A stretch of DNA of 64,000 bases, from contig JAKFCY010000003.1 of the NCBI GenBank assembly GCA_036676395.1, positions 384,001 through 448,000 of the forward strand. The letters are read 5' to 3'. The DNA is from Bdellovibrio sp. Lineage in GTDB: Bacteria; Bdellovibrionota; Bdellovibrionia; Bdellovibrionales; Bdellovibrionaceae. How positions within the stretch are numbered: position 1 is the stretch's first letter; each line of letters starts with the position of its first letter. This document shows, in pieces, positions 31,860 through 42,771 of the stretch. A program made the position numbers and the translations under genes. The notes beneath the pieces were generated by a model. That model saw nothing but the letters and a program-made list of their open reading frames with translations. It had not been told where the DNA came from and ran no database searches.

Positions 31860-33470
31860 ATGACTAAGCTTTTCGTGATTTTAGGTCTTATTTTTTCTAT
31901 ACAAGCCTTCGCTAAAAAAACAGATGGCGCAGTAATTACTGAAGTAGTTCCGAGCGAAATCGTTTTAACAGTTAAAAAAGGCTATCATTTCAACGATAAG
32001 GCTCCAGCAAGTGTTGTGTTTGATGATTTAGAAGCTAAACATAAACCACTCATTAAAACAGAACAAAAATTTACTTTTAAAGTTTTAGAAAAAGCAAAAG
32101 TAGCCAAACTTAATTACTACGTTTGTGATGATGCAAAAACTGTTTGTGAATCTCACGATCAAACTGTTGAGTTGACGGCAAAGCGCGCAGCTACTGATGC
32201 GGCTCCGTATGATCGCGCAGTGGCCTCAGACGCTCCGGCAAAAAAATACGACAAACTAACGCTTTTAAAGTTTTCAGCGCCCTGGTGCCCGGCCTGCATT
32301 CGTTTAAAATCAGAAACAATGAACAAACCTCAAGTTCAGGCGTTACTAAAAAAAGCCAACTTGGTTGAGATCAACATTGATCTGGTCGAAAACGAAAAAA
32401 TATCTGATCAGTATGGCGTTAAAGCAATTCCCACGGTGATTTTAGTGAATGAACAGGGTGAAGAATTAAAACGTTGGCTAGATTACCAACCAGTAAAATC
32501 TTTTGCTCAAGAATTGCAAGCAGCACTTAAAGAAACACAATCAATCAGCCAATTAACTGCAAAAGCCGAAGCTGGTGACGAAAAAGCATCAACGACTTTA
32601 GCGTACAATTCTTATAGCAAAATGCAGTGGAAAGACGCGGCTAAATGGTTTTCTTTTGCAAAAGGCGCAAAAGAATTAAATTACAAACTATCTTCTGAAA
32701 TTGCATTAGCTCAAGATGACCTAGGTGATTCAGCAGAATCTAAAAAGGCGTATCTTCAAGCTTTAGAAAAAGGCTTTACCCTCTCTTCTTCGACTCTTGA
32801 TCAAACTCGCTGGAAGCTGGATTACTTAGAGCAACTAAAAGAACAAGAAAGACCAATTGAAACAGACGCGATCAAGGCACTACAGTTTCAATTAGCTGAA
32901 ATTAAAAACAATAAAGACTTAAAAGGTTTATTCGCCAAATCAACTTTAGGTGATGCAGAAAACTTTGAAAAAGCAGAAATTTTAGACATGACAGCCCGTC
33001 TTTACAAAATTACTGACGACAAAGAAAACACGAAAAAAACTCAAGCTGAGCTTTCAACGGTAGTAGATAAAGTAAAGTTTTCGACAAAACTTCCGGGGCA
33101 AATGATTTCTGGAATTTGGTATTACGGCCAAGCAGCTACGCCTGAAAAAGCAGAGCCATTATTAAAACAACTCATTAAAGCATATCCCAAAACTTACGTT
33201 TACTATCAACGCTACGCGAGCTTTTTAACAAAACAAAAACGCCATGAAGAAGCCTTAGCACAAGCGAACTTGGCTTTAGAGTTTAAAGAGGGTAACGAGC
33301 CGCAATTAAGTTTAGCAAAAGTTAAAATCTTAAAAGAGCTTGGTAAAAAAGATGAAGCCGTAGCTTTGATCGACAGCACTTTAAAAATTACAGAAGCTTA
33401 CCCGCAAAAATACAAACGCACGCAAGCGGCACTTACAGATTTAAAGAAAAATCTTACAACAACGAAGTAA
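31860..33470 (+). CDS. Exported thioredoxin-domain/TPR protein with DsbD-N-like domain
   Basis: Signal peptide; YYVCDDAKTVC; FSAPWCPAC thioredoxin with cis-Pro IPT; helical TPR-like C-terminal half. Confidence 0.8.
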   Translation: MTKLFVILGLIFSIQAFAKKTDGAVITEVVPSEIVLTVKKGYHFNDKAPASVVFDDLEAKHKPLIKTEQKFTFKVLEKAKVAKLNYYVCDDAKTVCESHDQTVELTAKRAATDAAPYDRAVASDAPAKKYDKLTLLKFSAPWCPACIRLKSETMNKPQVQALLKKANLVEINIDLVENEKISDQYGVKAIPTVILVNEQGEELKRWLDYQPVKSFAQELQAALKETQSISQLTAKAEAGDEKASTTLAYNSYSKMQWKDAAKWFSFAKGAKELNYKLSSEIALAQDDLGDSAESKKAYLQALEKGFTLSSSTLDQTRWKLDYLEQLKEQERPIETDAIKALQFQLAEIKNNKDLKGLFAKSTLGDAENFEKAEILDMTARLYKITDDKENTKKTQAELSTVVDKVKFSTKLPGQMISGIWYYGQAATPEKAEPLLKQLIKAYPKTYVYYQRYASFLTKQKRHEEALAQANLALEFKEGNEPQLSLAKVKILKELGKKDEAVALIDSTLKITEAYPQKYKRTQAALTDLKKNLTTTK

Positions 33471-33492
33471 ATTTAATTTTAAAGCTGAAAAT

Positions 33493-33523
33493 AAAAAAGT
33501 CGATCCTAATAAGATCGACTTTT
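33493..33523. terminator. Bidirectional terminator
   Basis: AAAAAAGTCGATC-ctaataa-GATCGACTTTT between convergent genes. Confidence 0.75.
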
Positions 33524-33554
33524 CTATTTGTGAAAATGAATTTTAAGAGAAAAA

Positions 33555-33758
33555 TTATTGAACGCGTTCTGGAGAAGTTCCGTAAAAAACTTCATCGATA
33601 TAAATTAATAAACACTGACGTAAATCTTCAACCGTCATAGTGCTTGGATCTAATTCAAGCGCGCGAATGGCTGCAAAAAGTTCTGTCTCGATAACATCTT
33701 TATCCATCTTTGCTGCTTGAGAAAACACCTCAATTACTCGACTCATTTTCGCCTCCAT
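33555..33758 (-). CDS. Small acidic hypothetical protein
   Basis: Helical 60-67 aa ORF (LDPSTMTVEDLRQCL); GGAGG SD suggests a start at MSRV (33746). Confidence 0.65.
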   Translation of the reverse strand: MEAKMSRVIEVFSQAAKMDKDVIETELFAAIRALELDPSTMTVEDLRQCLLIYIDEVFYGTSPERVQ

Positions 33759-33993
33759 GCGTGTCTAGAACGCCCTATCCATGGGCGTTTCAGGTTGATC
33801 AACTTTCTGTTGTTCTTCCTAAAGCTTCGACAATTTCATTCGATCATTGGGTTATTATTGTTTCAATTTTTTTGCGTAGCGGGGCAAATATTTAGACTTT
33901 GGTGGGCCAAGGCCAATATCTAGCTTTTAACGCTTTTTGGCTTAAAATTAGGGCAAAACCAGACTATATAATATTTTCTCGTTTCAGGTAGCC

Positions 33994-34021
33994 TTGACAG
34001 AGTAAAACGGCTACACATATT
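33994..34021 (+). promoter_or_regulatory. Putative groESL promoter
   Basis: TTGACA at 33994, then CATATT 16 nt later; no CIRCE element visible. Confidence 0.45.
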
Positions 34022-34054
34022 ACCTCTTGATTAAACAATAAACGGAGGCAATCC

Positions 34055-34354
34055 ATGGCTAAAGAATTAGGCGTACGCCCATTACATGACAGAATTTTAG
34101 TAAAAAGAACTGCAGAAGAAGATAAAACTGCTGGCGGATTATTTATTCCAGATTCAGCAAAAGAAAAACCTCAACGTGGCGAAATCGTAGCTGCGGGCAA
34201 AGGTCGCATTACTGAAGACGGTAAAGTATTACCTTTAGAAGTAAAAGTTGGCGATAAAATCTTATTCTCTAAATACGCAGGCACAGAAATCAAATTCGAC
34301 GGATCAGAATTCTTAATGATGCGCGAAGAAGACGTTCTTGGAATCGTACAGTAA
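34055..34354 (+). CDS. groES: Co-chaperonin GroES
   Basis: [39 protein letters not shown]. Confidence 0.99.
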   Translation: MAKELGVRPLHDRILVKRTAEEDKTAGGLFIPDSAKEKPQRGEIVAAGKGRITEDGKVLPLEVKVGDKILFSKYAGTEIKFDGSEFLMMREEDVLGIVQ

Positions 34355-34389
34355 TTAAATTTTTTTATTATCGTGTCGAAGACACGTAA

Positions 34390-36054
<1,665 letters not shown>

Positions 36055-36087
36055 TCCTTCGGGAATACATTGTTCTACTTAAAATTC

Positions 36088-36120
36088 AAAACCCAAGGTC
36101 TAAAAGCCTTGGGTTTTTTT
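36088..36120 (+). terminator. Intrinsic terminator after groEL
   Basis: AAAACCCAAGG-tctaaaag-CCTTGGGTTTTTT. Confidence 0.85.
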
Positions 36121-36209
36121 ATGTCTAAAATCCGTAAATTAGCGTCATTGCGATTTCATCACTACCCGATCGTAGAAAAATTAGAGCAAAATATTTTCGG
36201 AGGAAATTT

Positions 36210-36989
36210 ATGAAACATCTATATCTAGTGGTCACGCTGTTTTTTACTTTAATCGCGCAAGCAAAAGTGACTGTGGAAAAAATTGAGTATAAAGACGGAG
36301 ACACAGTTCTTGAGGGAATGTTAGTCGCAGACCAAGCCAAACTTAAAAACAAAAAAGCACCAGGCGTAGTTGTCGTCCACGACTGGATGGGCGTTGGCCC
36401 GTATGTGCAAATGCGGGCCGAACAATTGGCTGAAATGGGTTATATCGCATTTGTGGCGGATATTTATGGTAAAGGCGTTCGTCCCAAAGATAACAAAGAA
36501 GCTAGCGCTCAAGCCGGCAAGTATAAATCTGATCGTAAGCTTATGCGTTCGCGCGTGAAAGCTGCATTTGATGAATTAGCTAAGTCTAAGTTTGTCGACA
36601 GCGAAAAAATTTCGGCAACGGGTTATTGCTTTGGTGGAACGGCAGCACTTGAAGGTGGACGCATGGGTTTACCACTGAAAGGAATTGTTAGCTTTCATGG
36701 TGGCTTAAGTTCTGATAATCCAGAAGATGCAAAAAATATTAAAGCCAAAGTTTTAGTACTGCATGGCGCGATTGATCCAAATGTACCAGCTGCTGAAGTG
36801 GCGCAATTTCAAAAAGAAATGGATGCGGCAAAAGTTGATTATCAATTCACAGCTTATGCGAATGCTGTGCATGCGTTTACTGACAAAAAGGTTGGCAATG
36901 ATATTTCCAAAGGCGCTGCTTACAATGAGTTAGCCGACAAACGATCGTTTATTGCGGCTAAAGAGTTTCTAGCTGAAGTAAATCAATAA
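36210..36989 (+). CDS. Dienelactone hydrolase family protein (exported)
   Basis: HDWMG, GYCFGG nucleophile, SFHG, HG..D, HAFT. Confidence 0.92.
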   Translation: MKHLYLVVTLFFTLIAQAKVTVEKIEYKDGDTVLEGMLVADQAKLKNKKAPGVVVVHDWMGVGPYVQMRAEQLAEMGYIAFVADIYGKGVRPKDNKEASAQAGKYKSDRKLMRSRVKAAFDELAKSKFVDSEKISATGYCFGGTAALEGGRMGLPLKGIVSFHGGLSSDNPEDAKNIKAKVLVLHGAIDPNVPAAEVAQFQKEMDAAKVDYQFTAYANAVHAFTDKKVGNDISKGAAYNELADKRSFIAAKEFLAEVNQ

Positions 36990-36990
36990 G

Positions 36991-37266
36991 TTATTTAAAT
37001 AAAGCTGCCTCTATTGCTATACAAGTTGAGGGATTAGGTTTTTCTTTGCCTTTTTCGATATTTGAAATGGTGGCTTGAGTAAGACCTGAATGTTGAGCTA
37101 AATCACTCTGTGTCCAGCCACGATGTTTTCTCAATGTTTTAATCTGATCGGGAGCAAGCCTTGAGCTCTGAAATTCCGATTTGGGCAATAGTGGAACGGC
37201 AACGAATTTATTGCCCTTCTCATCTGTTAAAATAGCCCCAGGATAGAGTTTAAACATGCAATGCAT
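36991..37266 (-). CDS. XRE-family helix-turn-helix protein
   Basis: IKTLRKHRGWTQSDLAQHSGLTQATISNIEKGK..P; start may be 37257. Confidence 0.85.
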   Translation of the reverse strand: MHCMFKLYPGAILTDEKGNKFVAVPLLPKSEFQSSRLAPDQIKTLRKHRGWTQSDLAQHSGLTQATISNIEKGKEKPNPSTCIAIEAALFK

Positions 37267-37274
37267 ATCGGCAT

Positions 37275-37316
37275 AATTTATATAAAACTATATAAATTTA
37301 TATAAAACTATATAAA
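37275..37316. repeat. 20-bp tandem repeat x2 (AATTTATATAAAACTATATA)
   Basis: Exact duplication at 37275-37294 and 37295-37314; gives four TATATAAA units at 10-bp spacing. Confidence 0.9.
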
Positions 37317-37433
37317 ATAGCAATAAGGTCATAAGTCCTGCGCATTAGGGCTAAGGTACATGATTTTGAGACAATGACACTTTCGATGTAAGCATTTGAT
37401 TTGCAAATGATATCATTGAATAAGGAGGCAAAA

Positions 37434-37649
37434 ATGGGTAAAAGAGCATCTATGTTAGCTTCCGACGCACGCGAAATTGAAAAAGATGATTCAAATTTAA
37501 ATGAGGGCTCGACCTTTAATCTTGGCAAAAGAGTTATTATTCCTCAATTTGGCAGAGAACAAAAAATTGAAAATTTCGAAAAAACATTAACAATCGAAGA
37601 AATTAAATCACTAATTTTAAAACACCAAGAGATCGACAAAAAACGTTGA
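37434..37649 (+). CDS. Small charged hypothetical protein
   Basis: Perfect AAGGAGG SD before ATG 37434. Confidence 0.7.
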   Translation: MGKRASMLASDAREIEKDDSNLNEGSTFNLGKRVIIPQFGREQKIENFEKTLTIEEIKSLILKHQEIDKKR

Positions 37650-37681
37650 TTTGACACTTGGTTAGCTAGCACAATGAGCGA

Positions 37682-38671
37682 GTGTTAGTTACAGCTTCAG
37701 TTATAATATTAACATTTTTTGTATTACCAGTAGTTGGATCTGCAATATCCTTTAGATATTTTTTTCCAAAACACGCAATTAGAATTGGCGAATCATATTT
37801 GATTACTGTTGGAACTAGCCTAACTTTGCTAATTAACTCAATCCCCTTATATTTTCTATTTAAATTAATTTATCCAGACACTGTTGCTTTTATTGCAGAT
37901 GATATTTTCTATTATTTATTTCGCTCTCTCCACCAAGATATTAAAGCTCTCTTTATTTTTGGCATCATTACACTTATTTTGCCTATTAGTGCGTCTACTT
38001 TTATTTTTTGGAAATCGAAAAAATATTGGAATACTTACTGCGCGTATGTAAACGTAGATTTGTTGCCGCAAAAATTGTGGACGAAATTTCAATACAATGT
38101 TGGGCGATTTGTATCGGACACAGTATTAAATTACATGGCCAAACTAACAATATTTGAAGAAGAAAAAGAAGTTTTAATAATAGATATTTTAGATACGCAA
38201 GACTCACTATATTCAGGAATTTTTGTCGACTATCATACAGACAAGGGTGAACTAAAAGGAGTATCGCTAGCAAAAGTTATTCGATTTTCTTTTAAAAGTG
38301 AAGCGGCAAGAAAAGAAGAAAAAACGCAAATTGAAACAACATCTTTTAATGGAAAAGCAAACCAGCCGTATATTTTGCCCAAACTTGGCGAGATGTACAT
38401 TCCAAATGACAAAATTCAAAATTTACATTTTTGGAAGATACAAAAAGACCATGTCTATATGAGAAAAGTCGAGCGACCTTTTGATGAAGCTATGGTGGCA
38501 TGGTACCTATTACTTCAAAATATGTATCCAGATATGAATTTTAAAATTAAAGCTGTTGTTGAAAACTCGACGGACGAATGGCCGACTTTTACAAGAATCT
38601 TATCAACTCTGCCAGCATTAAGTTTAAGTGGTTTAGAAATTGTAGAAACTAAAGACACCAAAAAGTCGTGA
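37682..38671 (+). CDS. Hypothetical membrane protein (three TM plus soluble beta domain; DUF6338-like layout)
   Basis: N-terminal TMs with FFVLP; IIDILDTQDSLYSGIFVDY..GELKGVSL beta motif; AT-rich codon use. Confidence 0.7.
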   Translation: MLVTASVIILTFFVLPVVGSAISFRYFFPKHAIRIGESYLITVGTSLTLLINSIPLYFLFKLIYPDTVAFIADDIFYYLFRSLHQDIKALFIFGIITLILPISASTFIFWKSKKYWNTYCAYVNVDLLPQKLWTKFQYNVGRFVSDTVLNYMAKLTIFEEEKEVLIIDILDTQDSLYSGIFVDYHTDKGELKGVSLAKVIRFSFKSEAARKEEKTQIETTSFNGKANQPYILPKLGEMYIPNDKIQNLHFWKIQKDHVYMRKVERPFDEAMVAWYLLLQNMYPDMNFKIKAVVENSTDEWPTFTRILSTLPALSLSGLEIVETKDTKKS

Positions 38672-38688
38672 GATTTAGCAGAAGTGAA

Positions 38689-39309
38689 TCAAACCAAATA
38701 AAGCGCGATACTGAAGTATTGAAAAATACTTCCGCCCATCACGAATAAATGCCAGATGCCGTGGAAGTGTTTAAATTTTTCATCAAGTACAAAAAAGAAA
38801 ACGCCGACGGTATAAAACATTCCGCCAATGGCCAACAAAGCTACACCGGGCGTGGGCATTGCTAACATTAAATCCTTAATAGCAAAAACAATTAACCAAC
38901 CCATGATTAAATAGATGAATAAAGATGGGATTCTGGTTTTTTTAGCGATGGTGAATTCACACATAATTCCGACAGCGGCGAAGCTCCAGATGATTCCAAA
39001 GATCCACCATCCGACAACGCCTTTTAATGCCACGAGAGTGAAAGGCGTGTAAGAGCCTGCGATAAATAAGTAAATCGAGATGTGATCTAATTTTTGTAAG
39101 ATAGCTTTAGGTTTAGGACCCGGAATGCTGTGGTACAAAGTCGAAACACCATACAACATGATTAACATAGCGCCATAAATAACAGTGCCGACTATTTTAA
39201 CAGAATCACCTTGAACTGTAGCTAAGGTAATCAAGACAGAAGCACCGGCGACTGCGAGTAACAAACCAATTAAATGAGAAATGCTGTTAAAGCGTTCGCC
39301 GTGATAAAT
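38689..39309 (-). CDS. Hemolysin III/PAQR family membrane protein
   Basis: STLYH, KLDHISIYLFIAGSYTP, HGIWHLFV; frame extends to ATT-TAT-CAC-GGC-GAA-CGC-TTT-AAC (xYHGERFNSISH). Confidence 0.92.
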   Translation of the reverse strand: MYHGERFNSISHLIGLLLAVAGASVLITLATVQGDSVKIVGTVIYGAMLIMLYGVSTLYHSIPGPKPKAILQKLDHISIYLFIAGSYTPFTLVALKGVVGWWIFGIIWSFAAVGIMCEFTIAKKTRIPSLFIYLIMGWLIVFAIKDLMLAMPTPGVALLAIGGMFYTVGVFFFVLDEKFKHFHGIWHLFVMGGSIFQYFSIALYLV

Positions 39310-39310
39310 A

Positions 39311-40879
39311 TTAAACTCCTTCGTACATGCGATCTTCGAATGCGGTCAGTGCAGCTTTTGCGCCCTCACCCATCGCGATCACGATTTGCTTAAATGGCGT
39401 AGTTGTAACATCGCCAGCCGCATAAATGTTTTTAGCAGAAGTGCGACCTTTACTGTCTACAACAATTTCGCCGAACTTGTTAGTCTCAACGATATCTTTA
39501 GCGAATTGACTATTAGGTAATAATCCAATTTGTACGAACACGCCTTCTAAAGTTTCAGATTCAACAGTGTTGGTGTTGCGATCTAAATATTGTAAAGCAG
39601 TAACTTGTTGGCCATTGCCGATAACTTCGGTAGTTTTTGCCGAAGTTATAATTTTAGCATTAGGTAAAGACTTAAGTTTTTCAACCAAGACAGCATCTGC
39701 TTTTAATGTGTCGTTATATTCAAACAACACCACTTCGCTAACGATACCTGCTAAATCAATCGCCGCTTCTACGCCTGAGTTTCCGCCACCGATAACTGCG
39801 ATTTTTTTACCTTTGTAAAAAGGACCATCACAGTGCGGGCAAAAAGCTACACCACGACCAAGATATTCTTTTTCGCCAGGAATATTTAATTCGCGCCATT
39901 TGGCACCCGTTGAAATAATAATCGAACCAGCTTTTAAAAATTCGCCGCTTTCTAAATGAATTACATTTTCAGCTTTATCAATTTTAGCAACACGACGATG
40001 TTCTAAAAGTTTTACCGGGTAACTTAAAACGTGTTGGTTTAACTGAGCCGCTAATTGTGGGCCTTCGGTGTAAACAACAGAAATTAAATTTTCGATACCC
40101 TTCGTGTCTTGCACTTGTCCGCCGAAGCGTTCTGCGATAAGGGCAGTTTTTAAACCTTTGCGAACACTGTAGATTGCAGCAGATGCTCCCGCTGGGCCGC
40201 CCCCGATCACAACGACATCGTAATCACCAAGATTTGCATCAGCACCAGAAATTTTGGCGCTAGATTCATCAAGACCAAAAGTTTCTTCTAATGTTTTTAA
40301 AAGTTCGGCAAAATTTGCGCGGCCTGAATGAATCATTTTGCCATCAACAACAACACTCGGCACACCTTGAACGCCAAGGCTTGCAATTTCATCTTGGGCG
40401 TAAGCGCCGTCGATAGTTTCATGTTGAAAATCATCATGAATAATAGCCATCAAGTTTAAGGCTTGTACGACGACAGGACAGTTTTCACAATCCAAAGACA
40501 TAAACGTTCTTATACGAATTGGTCCGCGTAAAGATTTAATACGTTGTAAAATCATCGTATCAGGAAGTTTGCCTTTTCCGTCTGCGTTTAATATTGCTAA
40601 AATTAAAGAGGTAAATTCATGGCCTCCGGGAATACCAGTAAAAAATACGCCCGTGGATTTTCCGTTTTTATGAATTGTAAATCGCGGTGGAACATCAGCG
40701 GCTGCAGAAGCAGGATCAAACTTCGCAGAAATTTTATCATTGGTTTCAGCTACGCCAGTTAACATTTCAACAAGTTCATTTTGATTGGCATTTGTGCTTT
40801 GTTCGTAAACTAGATCAATTTGATTTTCTAAATTTGCAAAGACACTTTTGAGCTGTTCTTTTAAATCGGAATCTAACAT
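39311..40879 (-). CDS. ahpF: Alkyl hydroperoxide reductase subunit F
   Basis: GHEFTSLILA, CENC N-terminal domain, GGGPAG, CPHCDG, GGGNSG. Confidence 0.97.
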   Translation of the reverse strand: MLDSDLKEQLKSVFANLENQIDLVYEQSTNANQNELVEMLTGVAETNDKISAKFDPASAAADVPPRFTIHKNGKSTGVFFTGIPGGHEFTSLILAILNADGKGKLPDTMILQRIKSLRGPIRIRTFMSLDCENCPVVVQALNLMAIIHDDFQHETIDGAYAQDEIASLGVQGVPSVVVDGKMIHSGRANFAELLKTLEETFGLDESSAKISGADANLGDYDVVVIGGGPAGASAAIYSVRKGLKTALIAERFGGQVQDTKGIENLISVVYTEGPQLAAQLNQHVLSYPVKLLEHRRVAKIDKAENVIHLESGEFLKAGSIIISTGAKWRELNIPGEKEYLGRGVAFCPHCDGPFYKGKKIAVIGGGNSGVEAAIDLAGIVSEVVLFEYNDTLKADAVLVEKLKSLPNAKIITSAKTTEVIGNGQQVTALQYLDRNTNTVESETLEGVFVQIGLLPNSQFAKDIVETNKFGEIVVDSKGRTSAKNIYAAGDVTTTPFKQIVIAMGEGAKAALTAFEDRMYEGV

Positions 40880-40919
40880 AAGACCTCCTTGAGAGAACGA
40901 GAAGAGAAAGAAAAAAAGT

Positions 40920-40968
40920 AAGGCCGTTACTTTTTGGGAAGCAGTGCTCCCGAAAAAGGGACGGCCTA
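40920..40968 (-). terminator. Stem-loop between ahpC and ahpF (stabiliser or partial terminator)
   Basis: AGGCCGT..CTTTTTGGGA..TCCCGAAAAAG..ACGGCCT long imperfect inverted repeat. Confidence 0.6.
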
Positions 40969-40981
40969 CCTAAAGTAAAAA

Positions 40982-41551
40982 CTAGATTTTACCAACTAGG
41001 TCTAAACCTGGTTTTAAAGTTTTAGCTCCTGGAGTCCATTTAGCTGGGCAAACTTCATTCGGGTGAGCTGCTACGAATTGAGCGGCTTGCACTTTGCGAA
41101 GTAATTCATCAGCGTTACGGCCGATACCATTATCGTTAACTTCAGCTAATTTAATGTGGCCTTCTGGATTAACTAAGAAAGTGCCACGGTAAGCCATACC
41201 AGCGTCTTCAATGTAAACACCGAATGCGCGAGATAAGTGACCCGTTGGATCAGCTAACATTGGGTATTTAATTTTTTTGATTGTTTCAGAAGCGTCATGC
41301 CAAGCTTTGTGTGTGAAGTGAGTGTCTGTAGATACAGAGTAAACTTCAACGCCAAGTTTTTGAAACTCAGAATATTTATCAGCCATGTCGCCTAACTCTG
41401 TTGGGCAAACAAATGTGAAGTCTGCTGGATAGAAAAAGAAAACTGACCATTTACCGTTAAGGTCATTGCTAGTTACAGTTTTGAAACTGTTGTTATGGTA
41501 AGCTTGAACTTTGAAGTCCGTTACTTTTGTATTAATTAATGTAGCTGCCAC
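40982..41551 (-). CDS. ahpC: Alkyl hydroperoxide reductase subunit C (2-Cys peroxiredoxin)
   Basis: FYPADFTFVCPTE, EVCPAKW; GTG start after AAGGGGG. Confidence 0.98.
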   Translation of the reverse strand: MAATLINTKVTDFKVQAYHNNSFKTVTSNDLNGKWSVFFFYPADFTFVCPTELGDMADKYSEFQKLGVEVYSVSTDTHFTHKAWHDASETIKKIKYPMLADPTGHLSRAFGVYIEDAGMAYRGTFLVNPEGHIKLAEVNDNGIGRNADELLRKVQAAQFVAAHPNEVCPAKWTPGAKTLKPGLDLVGKI

Positions 41552-41628
41552 GAGGGCCCCCTTTTGTGTTTGTTATTGGTTGTTTATAAAACCGAATAAA
41601 TCTTATTAAGTTAATACTGCCAGCACAA

Positions 41629-41673
41629 ATACATAAAATCTATATTAATGCTTATAACATAGATATAATCTAT
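41629..41673. promoter_or_regulatory. Putative OxyR/LysR-type binding sites upstream of ahpC
   Basis: ATAG-N7-CTAT at 41659-41673 and ATAC-N7-CTAT at 41629-41643. Confidence 0.55.
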
Positions 41674-41856
41674 ATCTCATAAGGCAGTCCTTATAACGAA
41701 CAGGACCTTTGGGGCAAAATTGTCGAACTGCTACACAGTAATTTAAAACTTCTTCTTAATTTAAGATTATAGGGTTAGAAATTATATCTTTGAAATGAAA
41801 GTATATAAGATTAATAAAAGCAGTAACTTACAGGAAACAATACGGAGGTTTTCACA

Positions 41857-42360
41857 ATGGTTTTACGCATGTTGTATATTGCCCTTTCTTTAGGTGCCAC
41901 CCTAGTCTGCTTACCAAAAGCGTTTGCACAAAACGCCGTCGGTATAACAATAGGTGGCCCAACATATATTCACTTTACTCATGGTCTTGGCGGTCCTGCA
42001 GCAGTCGAAGCCGGGATTTCGTTTTCATATAATCATGCGACACATATATATGGAGACTATTTAATAGAAACACACGCTCCATTACGTAGCCCACAATTAA
42101 ATGATGTTGGTTTGTTTTATGGTATCGGTGGAATGATCGTTATTACGAATGATGACCACTATCATAATCATAAAAATGGTTATTACGGAGAAAACGACGG
42201 CGACGTTGGATTCGGTGTGCGTTTTCCGCTAGGTTTAGACTGGCGTCCGGCAAAAGCACAGAATTTTAGTTTTCATATAGAGATCGTGCCGATTATTGCC
42301 GTAGTTCCTGAAACTGAATTAGAATTTAATGCGGGCCTTGGATTAAAATATCACTTTTAG
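41857..42360 (+). CDS. Small outer-membrane beta-barrel protein
   Basis: Signal peptide, amphipathic strands (FYGIGG, GVRFPLGL), C-terminal GLGLKYHF. Confidence 0.8.
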   Translation: MVLRMLYIALSLGATLVCLPKAFAQNAVGITIGGPTYIHFTHGLGGPAAVEAGISFSYNHATHIYGDYLIETHAPLRSPQLNDVGLFYGIGGMIVITNDDHYHNHKNGYYGENDGDVGFGVRFPLGLDWRPAKAQNFSFHIEIVPIIAVVPETELEFNAGLGLKYHF

Positions 42361-42411
42361 ATGGTCAGCAATTTGCTTCTTTGAAAAAGAAAACTAACAA
42401 AGAGGCAATAC

Positions 42412-42771
42412 ATGACAATTCAAATTATTTTACTAGCAGCAGCAATAACGATTGCTGCCGAGCTTTTTGCACAACCGACTACTGGTAGCAGGCCTGCTGT
42501 TTCAGCTGCAGCTATTATGGAAGATTCTACAACTAAAACCGATTCAGATCTGAAGACGACGAGCGAAAGTTTACCTGGAAGCATTGGCAAAAAGCCAACG
42601 ACGCCGAATACATCTGCAGAAGGTATCGGCGAAAGAAAAGGTCAAACAGATCCATCAGGGCCACATAGTTACATGGGTTCGCGTGCACGCGGCAAAGCGT
42701 TGCAAACGGATAAGTTTCCGCGTCTGCCAGTGACAGCTTCAGGAACGACACAACCAAAATCGAAATATTAG
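42412..42771 (+). CDS. Secreted low-complexity hypothetical protein
   Basis: Signal peptide, Thr/Ser/Gly-rich; GAGG SD. Confidence 0.6.
   Translation: MTIQIILLAAAITIAAELFAQPTTGSRPAVSAAAIMEDSTTKTDSDLKTTSESLPGSIGKKPTTPNTSAEGIGERKGQTDPSGPHSYMGSRARGKALQTDKFPRLPVTASGTTQPKSKY

Noticed and set aside
33924..34054. CIRCE element before groES
   Set aside because: No TTAGCACTC-N9-GAGTGCTAA is present.
37275..37316. Repeat considered as a CRISPR remnant
   Set aside because: Two abutting copies with no spacer and no cas genes.
41710..41740. GGCAAAATTGTCGAA resembling the start of a c-di-GMP-I riboswitch
   Set aside because: No GAAA tetraloop closure, complementary strand or following GACGCAAA.
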